A stretch of 64,000 nt of DNA, from contig JAAOMT010000193.1 in NCBI GenBank assembly GCA_016748015.1, forward strand, positions 350,042-414,041. Direction: 5' to 3'. Shown here piece by piece: positions 14,111-25,144 of this stretch. The position numbers were made by a program, and so were the translations under genes. This DNA comes from Geosiphon pyriformis uo1 (lineage: Eukaryota; Fungi; Glomeromycota). Each line of letters begins with the position of its first letter. Within the stretch, counting starts at the first letter, position 1. The notes under the pieces are model-generated. The model was not told where the DNA came from. It saw nothing but the letters and a program-made list of their open reading frames with translations, and searched no databases.

Positions 14111-15088
14111 TGTTACCAGACAAAATTAGAGATATTATTTAGCATGAAATTATCTTATAATTTCTATCATTAATTAGCATATCATTTCAAATTATCACTT
14201 ATTACATTAGCAAAAATGTCCAAAAATTATCATTTAATTAATAACCCAAATTGTACACAACACAAATATAACCTAATTGTAATGATCAATTATGCAATAC
14301 CCTGAACTATGTAACATTCAAAAGTTTGCCGAAATTTGTAGAAATTTGCCAAAATAATTGATAGTTCACCAAAATATCTAATAGTTTGCAGAAATAACTT
14401 GTAGTTTACCGAAATATATCTTTAGTTCAGTGAAATAGTAGAAAATAGCAAAGTTCAAGTTCATAGAATAGTGTTATGACAAGTTGTATAAAAGAAGAGC
14501 TTCTCTTTTCGAGAAAATGTATCTTACTTTAGATTTATTACTTAGAACTATTCTTACACACACAAAAAAAAATAAATATCAAATAATTCGAAAAACCAAA
14601 CTCTTTAAATTGTTGCACTTGGAAAATCCTCAAAACCCAACTAACGTTTTGAAATTGATTAGTTACCAATTTCAGTAAACTGTTAGTGACTTTAGGCCTG
14701 AATAGAAAACGTTTCTCTTGACAAAATTCTATTTCTTTTACATTTTTTTTATTTTCTTTTTATTTCCTTACTATAATCATTAGGGTAGCCTACAGACGAG
14801 ATTCCTGTAGAAGAGTTGACTTTCACAGCAAAATAACTACACATTTTTTTAATAAGCTTCCAAATGAGCATTTCCTAGGAAAGAGTTGACATTTACTACA
14901 ATGTAACTACATAAAGCAACTGGCACGGAATTGGTTATTCCACTTATAAGTCCAGCAGTTCAAATTATAGGAGATAATTTGAAGATAAATTCAGTTACTG
15001 GAGGTTCAACCACATCCAGAAAACGTGAATTCACAGCAAACAAGCATCAACAACAGTTAAAAAAAGAGACCAAAAACCTCCAGTAACA
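14111..15088 (+). repeat. Element C 5' LTR
   Basis: Matches 22954-23936; about 20-bp AGTT..C.GAAAT repeat array at about 14320-14460 and TATA-like GTATAAAAG at about 14486. Confidence 0.97.
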
Positions 15089-15090
15089 TT

Positions 15091-15106
15091 TGGTGCTCTC
15101 CCACAG
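15091..15106 (+). promoter_or_regulatory. Element C primer-binding site
   Basis: TGGTGCTCTCCCACAG, 2 nt after the LTR end. Confidence 0.85.
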
Positions 15107-15133
15107 AAACAACACAGCAAAAATAACTTCAAA

Positions 15134-18100
15134 GTGGCGACCACACCAGACACAACAACTCTAGAGTATTACCAGTCAATTTACACTCACTGCAAGCAAA
15201 AATTCAACATTCCAGGCGGAATTGAAGTTGTCAAGAAATCAGTATACTAATACATTAAAAACCGCATCAACAATTATCTTTTTGGAAATTACAATATCTC
15301 AAAAGTTAGAAGCAATCTTTACAATAATTTAGCACACTATTCACAGTTGGGAACTGAAGACTTTAACAGTGAAACATTTGCCATTTACTTTCACGAACTT
15401 AATTTTAACATTATCAAATACTGTGAAGAAACATATCCAGTACAGTCTTAATACACTATTGATTTTAAATCGGAAACAGAAACAAGCAACAAAGGCAAAA
15501 ACAAATTAAAACAATACTCAAGAACCACCCCAAATACTCCAACACTACTAAAAACAACTGCCAAACATTTACAAACACCTGAACAAGGAACCAGTTCAAA
15601 ATTTCCACTTACTATCACACCTTTTCCAGCTTTACTTGCACAAGCACAAATACCTAATTCACCCTTAAATCGATTTGTAAGACCAGAAGATTTTACATCA
15701 CTCAGAAGTCCCACCAGACAACAAGAACCCTTTCAAACTAGTTCCAATCTCCTTGATTTTCTAGCTGAAAATCAAAGTGAACACTCTGAGACAGCAGCAA
15801 ACGAAGAAAATGACTTTGAAATAACTAAAAAAGAATCAATAGACAGTGAAAACGAAGAAAACGAAATGACAACATACATCGCAAAAATCCCTAAATTTAA
15901 TGGAGAAGATATTGAGACCAGTCTCCAAAAATGGCTTGACCAAGTTATTAAAGCTGGAGATACAAATGGATGGAATGCTGCCAGAATGTTAAGAACAATT
16001 CCCTATTTTCTCAAAGGAACAGCAGGAGAATGGTTTGAAAACTTGGCTGTCCTATTCAATGATTAAAACACTTTCAAAGCAGCCTTTCTTGAACAGTTCA
16101 CCAACAATAATATCTCTATCACCCTTCGCAATTGTTTTCAAAATATCAAACAAGAACCCTCTGAATCTGTATGACTTATATTGGAAAATTCAACAAACTT
16201 CTCAGACAAATTCGCCAACTCGAAACAAACAATTATTATTCCAATGCTCAAATCTTGGATCAATTTATCACTGGTCTAAAAGATAAACTAATTAAAAAGA
16301 TTCACCCACATGTGCCAGAAGATTTAAACTCTGCCATACAGCATGTGAAAAGATACGAAATGGCCATGGAAGAGGCCAATCGCACAAAACTTGTAAATTT
16401 GGCAATTGGAGAAACCAGCTCAACAGCTGAGGAAAAAATTAACCAACTCACAAAAAAGGTTGAAAACTACTTCACCAATTAACAACAACAGCAACCCCAA
16501 AGATATCAACCACCCCAAAGACAAAATCAAAATAACTTTGCACCACTTTCCAATAACCAGCCTCAGAATTGCCATTACTATGAAATCTCTGGCCACTGGA
16601 AAAGAGATTGCAGAAAGCTACAATGAGACCAACAAAATAGGAGTAATCAATGTTACCTTCCACCACAGCAATCTTATTATCAACCACCACTACCAGCTTA
16701 CTATCCACCAAGACTCCAATACCAAAATAACTATTATCAGCTCACTCCACAGCCAATCCAACAGCAATACCAACAACCACTCACACAACATTATCAAGTA
16801 CCTGCTCAAAGACTGATTACACAAAATCAATTCACATCACAAAACCGATACCAAGTAAACAACAATAGAATCAGTTTGAACAACTAATTGGTTCTCTGAA
16901 ATTCCATTCAACTAAGACCCAACTACTACCACACTCAACCCAGTTATTTAACAATGCCAGAAGAACAGGATTTTCACCATACTGCACCCTTGGAAGGTAG
17001 AGCTGCAGCACAACAACAAAACCCTTCTTATACTCTCACCACAATCCCACCAGCCAGAATCGCTGAAAATGCTAATCTTTCAAATATATTTCCTTTTGAG
17101 TTCAAAGTAAATGAGTCACCATTCCTGCTTAGCAATGCAGCCGCCAATGAACAAAAAGCAATCACAGCTATGTATACTGAAGCAAAAGTCGAAGGAAAGA
17201 CAATTCACTTGATCCTAAACAGTGGATCCACCGGAAGCATTATTATCTACCAGTTAATGCAACAGTTGAAGAGAAATGTTGACTGACCAGCTCAAACAGT
17301 AATTGTCACTGCTGATGGCATGAAAAAGACCCCAGTAGGAGAAATTGACAATTTTCCATTCACTCTTGATGGAATTACTATTCCAGTCAAAGTTCTTATA
17401 ATGGACGCACCCCAGTACCAAGCTCTTGTCGGAAATGATTGGCTTCAAAAAGCCAATGCTAATCTGAATTGGGAAACACAAGAGTTAACAATCTCCTACC
17501 AAAGACAACACGCCCGAGTACCTGCCACTTGTGGTATATTCAACAAATGCTCTAAAAAAGCCTCAGCTTTTGAATTCGAACCGGAAGAGGAAAAACCCCT
17601 TATTAAAACATTCATGGCTTTTGAATCAACGTCCAACTGGGCCAATGAAACAGAACAAGAACATTTTACCCCACACTCTGAACCCGAAACCTCTAGATGG
17701 AATATTCCTTACTTAAAACCCAAACCAAAGAAATAACACCCCTATATTCCCCTTAAATATAAGGACTGCCACAAGAAACTATTATCAATGGGAGCCTGCA
17801 TTTCATCTGAAAAAGAATATGAAAATCATACTTGTTATTACTGCAAGGCATGCCACAGAGAATGATGGAGCCATCTAATAAAAAGGAGCAGAAAATGGGA
17901 CAACATCCCTTGTTTGACTTGTGGAGATATGCTATTGGGAGAATACAATTAGATTGATATAGCCATGAGAGGAGGAGTCTGCGATCAGACCTGCTAATAT
18001 GCTTTATCAATTTCAGAAAAAGTAACAAACTTTATTACTACTCCCATAATGCTGAGATGATTTTTGACTTAGCAATGGCATTAATTAATAGAGCTACCAA

Positions 18101-20708
18101 AGAAGATATTTGTCAAATGAAAGAAGCAGAATACATTAAATACACCATGGAATTAGCTGGATTCGATTACGAAGATAAAGTAAAAGTCTACCACCAAATT
18201 GCAAGTCACACCTACCCAATCCAAGAAGCTCAAATTCAACGATTAGAACAAATAAACATTAGGCTATGTGAAGAATGCATTATGTCTTGTGATGAACAGT
18301 GGTGTCTTGAATGCTATGCTTTTAGTATCCCCTTGCCCAGCAAAAATGATGAAAACAAAATTGAATTTGGAGAACCTGAAGCAATGGAAGAAATTGAAAC
18401 AACACCTATCTACCTTATCAAAAATTAGCCTGCCTTACAACTTAAATACTTTAACAACAACGGACATAGAATAAAATCCGAAAAAGCACATGAAATTGAT
18501 GCTGGATATGATCTAAGATATCCAGGCAAGAATACTCTTGTTCTCAAACCCAAATTCCTCACAAAAATCAACCTCAAAATTGCACTCAAAATTCTGCCAG
18601 GAGCAATAGTTCAAATTACCTCCCGGTCCTCTCTGGCAAGCAAAGGAATCAATGTCAGAGGAGGAATAATCAATGCTGGATATACTGGAGACATTACAGT
18701 GATGCTTCAAAATGAAACTGACAAACCATTTAAGATTGAACATGCTGAAAAAATTGCCCGAGCTATTTATCTACTCTTAATCAACATTTTGGGTTTGCAA
18801 CTAGTCAATCAAAGAGAACAATTAGGAAAAAGCAATAGAGGAACCCAAGGTTTTGGTTCAACTGGATAATTCACAGTTCCAGTTAATATAGCTCTTAACA
18901 CACAAAACAAATCCCACCAGATTCTCAGACTTCCACAACCAATTACCATCTCACTCTTTGGAGAACATCCAAAAATCTACACCTGCCCAAAGCCAACAAC
19001 CACACAACAAATTTTTGAGTCCAATGAACAAGTCTGCTTAAAACATAATATTTTGATCCCAAACATTTATATTCCAGAAGGAACAAAGAAAGTCCGAGTT
19101 ACTTTTTACAACTCCAATAATTACCCAATAATTTTATTAAATAATTTAGAAATTGGAGTTATTCACAGTAATATATTTCAACAAGAATTACCCCAAACAG
19201 TCCCCGATTTCTCTAAAATTATTGGATATTCACTACCAAAAATCAACCCAAACCCCAGCTCCGAAAACTACCATGTTGTCATGGAAAAACTATCTCAAAT
19301 CAACATGGGACAACTTGAACCACAACAACAGACCCAGCTCAAAGAGCTAATTGCAGAATTTGCCAATATCTTTGCTGAAAACAACAATGACTTAGGAAGA
19401 ACCAATTTGGTCCAACACCAAATTTATACAGGAGATGCCAAACCAAGAAGACAACAAGCATATTGAGTTGCTCCAGAAAGCCACCAATTCATCTGAGAAG
19501 AAGTACAACAAATGCTTAACAATGGGCTCATCCAACCCTCCATGAGTTTTTGGGCTTTACCTGTAGTGCTAGTTAAAAAGAAAAATGGAAAGATCCAATT
19601 TTGTGTTAACTATCGACAACTCAATAGTGTTACAATTGGAAACGCCTATCCTCTTCCCCGAATTGATGACATGTTAGATGCCCTTGGAAAATCCAAATAT
19701 TTTTCAACACTAGATTTAGAAAGCAGTTACTGGCAAGTTGCTATGAATCCCAAAGATTGTCCCAAAACAACATTTACCACCCAAGGCAAAAATTACAAGT
19801 TTAATGTAATGCCTTTCGGATTATGCAATGCACCAGCAACGTTTTAGAGATTAATAGATGTTGTGTACCAAGGACTTCTTTGGAAGTCAGTAGTCGTTTA
19901 TCTTGATGATACTGATGTTTATTCTCCATCATTTGAATTATACTTAAAACACCTGCAAGAAGTTTTTCAATAATTATGAAAAGCAGGACTAAAACGCAAT
20001 ATCGAAAAATGCTACTTTAGAAAAACAAGCCTGGCTTTCCTTGGTCATATTGTTAGTAAAGATAGAATCAAACCAGACTCTGGAAAAATCAGCATTGTCA
20101 AAAACTTCAAAACTCCTTGAAACACTACAGAACTAAAAGGATTCATAGGATTAGCATCCTACTATCGGAAGTTTATCAAAAGATTCTTGGAAATTACAAA
20201 ACCCCTCAACCAGCTCACCACCAAAAACGTTGAATACAAATGGACTACCAAACACCAAAAAGCTTTTGAAATTCTCAAGAAAAAACTGACAACAGCTCTA
20301 ATTCTCACCTACCCGGATTTCAGCAACCGATTTTGACTAGCTACAGATGCTTTGTATACTGCTTTTGGTGCCATTTTATCACAACTAGATGACAATGGAA
20401 ATAAGCAAGTAATTGCTTATGCTAGCAGAACATTAAAACTAGCTGAGAAAAACTACCCTGCCACAGAACTAAAAACAGCAGCTGTAATTTGGGCCCTACA
20501 CCACTTCAATCTTTATCTCAGGCCTAAAGAATTCGATATTATCACTGATAATATTGGACTCAAATGGCTTCAGAACAAAAATACTCAGCTGAATGCAAAA
20601 CAAACCCGATGGACAAGATTTCTAGTAAACTATCAATACATAGTACATCACAAACCAGGAAAACTCCACACTAATGTTGACTGTCTCTCCAAAATGAGAC
20701 AAAATTAG
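15134..20708 (+). pseudogene. Element C gag-PR-dUTPase-RT-RNase H polyprotein with point stops and small indels
   Basis: Capsid ATG at 15866; CCHC knuckle remnant CHYYEISGHWKRDC at about 16570; PR LILNSGS at about 17212; RT YPLPRIDD and YLDD (19899-19910); RH ORF 20352-20708 ending HKPGKLHTNVDCLSKMRQN*. Confidence 0.93.
18429..18866 (+). pseudogene. dUTPase domain within the element C polyprotein
   Basis: Stop-free stretch with all five trimeric-dUTPase motifs: DAGYDL, TSRSSLA, GGIINAGYTGDI, EKIARAI, RGTQGFGSTG. Confidence 0.92.
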
Positions 20709-20760
20709 AAAAACACAAAAACCAACACTCAACTTAACCAACCAAAAGAGCCAACAAACA

Positions 20761-22144
20761 ATGAATTTAAAAAACTACAACAATCTCAAGCAATATTTAG
20801 AAACATTAACAATCCCAACAGATTGGTTTCCAGATGAAAAACATTGACTACAACAATAAGCCAAACAATATTTTTTACACAACATTATTTATCATCGAAA
20901 TTTCAAAAACCCAAACAAACCACTCAGATTAATACAAGAACAGAAAAAAGAGACTATATTATACAACATACACTCAGATCCTTCATCAGCCCACTTTGGA
21001 AAAGACAGCACCACCCAAAGAACACTAGAATACTACTTTTGGCCTCAAATGAAAAAAGACATTCATGAATATGTCAAATCTTGTGATAATTGTCAAAGAA
21101 GAGGAGAAACTTGCCCTACAGAACCTTTAAATCCAATCAAAGTTGGACAGCCTTTTAACAGAGTTGGTATCAATTTAGTCGGACTACAACTTATTACAAA
21201 CCAAGGAAACCATTATATTGCAGTAGCTGTAGACTATCTCACCAAATGGCCTGAAGCCAGAGCCATTCAATGGGCAGATGCAAAATCAATAGCAAACTTC
21301 ATCTACGAAGACATCATTTGTAGACATGGATGCCCAATAGAATTTTTATCTGATCAAGAAACACATTTTGTGAACAATTTAATCCAGAAAATTTGTGGAT
21401 GATTTAATGTTAAGAGACCATTATTTTCACCTTATCATCCACAAACAAATGGACTTGTAAAATGGTTCAACAGAACATTGTGTAAATTATTAGCCAAAGT
21501 TTCAACCAATTTTGAACAAGAATGGGATTTCTTTATTTCATCAGTGTTACTAGTATATAGGACACTAAAACAAGATACCACAAAACACACACCATTTGAT
21601 TTAACTTACGGAAGGACGGCAATGTTACCAATTAGTTTCACAGTGAAAACATACCCAGCACAATCAATCAATGAAAACAATTTCCAAGAAATGCTTCAGC
21701 GAAGAGCCTACACTCTGCTTAGCACATTGGAAGGAAAACAACGAATAGCAGCCACCCATATTGAACACTTCCAAGCTCAACAAAAAGAACAGCATGATGA
21801 CAAATTGCCTCCAGTCACCAATGAATTTAAAAATTGGAAACAAAGTTCTCTTACACAGAACTAAAGCTAAAAAACAATGAAGTAGAAAATTTGAGAATAA
21901 ATGGGATAGACCATTCTTTATCCATGAAGTTTTAGGCAACGAATCATAAAAGCTAAGACTTGATGACAAAATTCTAGCAAAAATTGCACATGAAGATTGT
22001 TTGAAACACTATAATTCCAGGAACAATCCTGAACCATTAATTCTACAAATTGGTACACATTCCCCTTTAATCAATCCCAAAAACATTCCCCGAAATTTAG
22101 AACCAATAGTTGTTATTAAACAGCCTCCCAACTTGAACACTTAA
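20761..22144 (+). pseudogene. Element C integrase, free-standing ORF
   Basis: ATG at 20761 (MNLKNYNNLKQYL), 52 nt after TAG at 20708; HHCC (HSDPSSAH...CDNC), core VDYLTKWPEA / SDQETHF, decayed GPF motif (WDRPF); no chromodomain. Confidence 0.93.
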
Positions 22145-22265
22145 TTTAAATTTATTATTATAGTTATCTTCTTATAATTTAGAAACAATCTCACAAAAAC
22201 AAAACAAAAATAACATAAAAACCCATACACCAAAAATAATTTTCTTTTATTTCAAATTGCTTATA

Positions 22266-22985
22266 ATGACTATTCCTCAAAATATTTAACAATTATCCCA
22301 AAAACTAATGTTAGCTTTAAAAACAATACCCGAATTATCCATTACTGTTACTGGAAACCACATTAATTATATCCAAACAGAAGTAGTTACAAATTTAGCC
22401 CCATATTCACGAAAATATCACCCATATAAGAAGAACACAAGAAGTTATACTGGAATTCACCTGTCAGAACTTTTAAAGCTTGCTTTAAGAGAAAACCTAA
22501 TGCTCATTCTGATTAATATTCTACCAAATACTACAATTCAACAAAGACTTCAACTGTGTCTCAAGGAGGAAAACACTGAATATCCTCCAATCTATAGATA
22601 TTTTCACATTGGAAAAACACTCTATGAACGGAAACTGGAACTTACAACAGCAAATCTTATAAAAGAAGCTATTCAGAAACAACTCTACAATGAATTCAAG
22701 ACAACAGCTGGATCAACAAACAGTTGCTACAGGTTCAGAGCTGCTCTTAGACTTTATGATCTATTCCACACCTGTGAAAACGTACTACAAAACCCAATTT
22801 TTCAATCTTTGAAGATTCAATACATTGAAAAGCTCACAGAACTGAAATTTCAACAAATTTCAGACCAAATTTTTTCAATAATTTTGGATTATTATCTGGA
22901 AATGACAAACAGTACTTGGACTTCGACGGAGCTCAGTCTTGAGGAGGAGGTTATGTTACCAGATGAAATTAGAGATATTATTTAG
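22266..22985 (+). CDS. Element C ORF3, accessory protein of unknown function (about 239 aa; open 22308-22985)
   Basis: 225-aa open frame; an in-frame upstream ATG at 22266 is separated from it by one likely CAA>TAA stop; runs through the PPT into the LTR; homologous ORFs occur in A, B, E and G. Confidence 0.8.
22941..22953 (+). other. Element C polypurine tract
   Basis: GAGGAGGAGG-TTA directly before the 3' LTR. Confidence 0.9.
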
Positions 22986-23936
22986 CATGAAATTATCTTA
23001 TAATTTCTATCATTAATTAGCATATATTATCATTTCAAATTATTACTTATTATATTAGCAAAAATGTCCAAAAATTATCATTTAATTAATAACCCAAATT
23101 GTACACAACACAAATGTAATCTAATTGTGATGATCAATTATGCAATACCCTGAACTATGTAACATTCAAAAGTTTGCCGAAATTTGTAGAAATTTGCCGA
23201 AATAATTAATAGTTCACCAAAATATCTAATAGTTTGCAGAAATAACTTGTAATTTACCGAAATATATCTTTAGTTCAGCAAAATAGTAGAAAATAGCAAA
23301 GTTCAAGTTCATAGAATAGTGTTATAACAAGTTGTATAAAAGAAGAGCTTCTCTCTTCGAGAAAATGTATCTTACTTTAGATTTATTACTTAGAACCATT
23401 TTTACATACACAAAAAAAAATAAATATCAAATAATTCGAAAAACCAAACTCTTTAAATTGTTGCACTTGGAAAATTCTCAAAACCCAACTAACGTTTTGA
23501 AATTGATTAGCTACCAATTTCAGTAAACTGTTAGTGACTCTAGGCCTGGATAGAAAACGTTTCTCTTGACAAAATTCTATTTCTTTTACATTTTTTTTAT
23601 TTTCTTTTTATTTTCTTACTATAATCATTAGGGTAGCCTACAGACAAGATTCCTGTAGAAGAGTTGACTTTCACAGCAAAATAACTACACATTTTTTTAG
23701 TGAGCTTCCAGATGAGCATTTCCTAGGAAAGAGTTGACATTTACTACAATATAACTACATAAAGCAACTGGCACAGAATTGGCCATTCCACTTATAAGTC
23801 CAGCAGTTCAAATTATAGGAGATAATTTGAAGATAAATTCAGCTACTGGAGGTTCAACCACATCCAGAAAACGTGAATTCACAGCAAACAAGCATCAACA
23901 ACAGTTAAGAAAAGAGACCAAAAACCTCTGGTAACA
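22954..23936 (+). repeat. Element C 3' LTR
   Basis: Matches 14111-15088. Confidence 0.97.
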
Positions 23937-25144
23937 CCATTTAGGGTTAAATTTTCTATTTTATTGTTTTTTTACTTTGGTATGATGTAAAAGTAATTTG
24001 TTTCCAATCTTAAATTCAACTGGTTTATTTGGTAGTTGGTTATTGTGTCTTTCTTTTTGTTTTTTTTATGATTTTTGGATGTTATTAGCTGTTTTTTGTT
24101 GTTTGTTTTCTAGAGTTTCTATCAAGTTATATGTTTTTTTTAGCAATATTTCTTGAAAATTGTCTTCAATTATTGGTTCTGTTGGATATGTGTTGACTTT
24201 TATCTTAACTGGTAATGTTGCTGTTTTACTATATACTAATTCAAATAGTGTTGCTTATGTAGTGTCTTGCTTTATTGTCTAATAAGCAAATAGTACTAAT
24301 GATATAAACATATTTTATTCATCTTGATTTTTTTGACTGATTTTGACAATTGCTTTACACAATGTTCTGTTAAATCTTTCAATTAACCTATTTGTTTGTA
24401 GATGATATGATGATGACAATAGTCTTTTGATTCCAAATTTTTGACTTAATTCTGCTAGTGTTTTGTTTACAAAGTGAGTTTTTTGATCTGATAGTAGTTT
24501 TTTTGAACATCTGTGTTGACAAATTAGATCTTAATGAATGAATTTGGCAACAGATTCTGCATCTGCTCTTTGAATGGCTTTTGTTTTTCTCTATTTAGTG
24601 AGATAATTTATAACTACTGCAATGTATTTGTTGCTTCTGCTGGTTATGGTTAATGATCCAACTAAGTCAATTCCAATATAATCAAATGGTTGTCCTATTT
24701 TGATTGGTTTCAATGGTTTATTGGGTCTTGTTTCTTCTTTTTTCTGACAAGCATTACAATTTTGAACATATTAGATGATGTCTGGATACATTGATGGCCA
24801 ATAGTATCTTTTTCTGGTTTTTTCTATTGTTGCTTCTTTGTGAAAATGTCTTGCTGTTGGATTTGAGTACATGTTGAACAGTATTATTTTTTTTTCTAGT
24901 TCTGTAATTACTCTGGTTGGTTGATCTAAATTTCTTTTGTCCTTCTGATAAAGTATATTTTGATGGTTGATAAAATATTTTGATTGTTGTTTTATGTTGT
25001 TTTGTTCCTTTTGAGATAATTTTTCTTTGAACTGTTGAGTATTTATATAATGCTAAAATTGTTGTTATTTTTGTGTATTTATTTTTTGTTATATGTTTTT
25101 GTTTTTAACTGTTTAGATTTTGTTATATTTTTGGATTAAAATAT

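Larger units (their letters stand above)
14111..23936 (+). mobile_element. Element C: best-preserved full-length Ty3/Gypsy LTR retrotransposon with dUTPase
   Basis: LTRs 14111-15088 and 22954-23936 with terminal IR TGTTACCAGA...TCTGGTAACA; TSD CCAT (14107-14110 / 23937-23940); PBS, PPT and all domains present. Confidence 0.97.
13870..25082 (-). pseudogene. Element B integrase, separate ORF, split by element C inside its W-D-G-P-F motif
   Basis: Start ATA (decayed ATG) at 25082, 62 nt after the RH stop at 25147-25145; the two halves rejoin across the CCAT TSD as KFNPKW/DRLFHIEEIL. Confidence 0.85.

Noticed and set aside
14484-14678. 64-aa ORF duplicated at 23332-23526
   Set aside because: It is duplicated only because it lies in the LTR; it starts at TTG over the TATA box and shows no protein features.
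21960-22144. Chromodomain at the IN C-terminus
   Set aside because: Only a short tail ending EPIVVI follows the GPF module; no aromatic-cage chromodomain pattern.
22308-22985. ORF3 as an env gene
   Set aside because: Too short, with no evident signal peptide, fusion peptide or transmembrane anchor.
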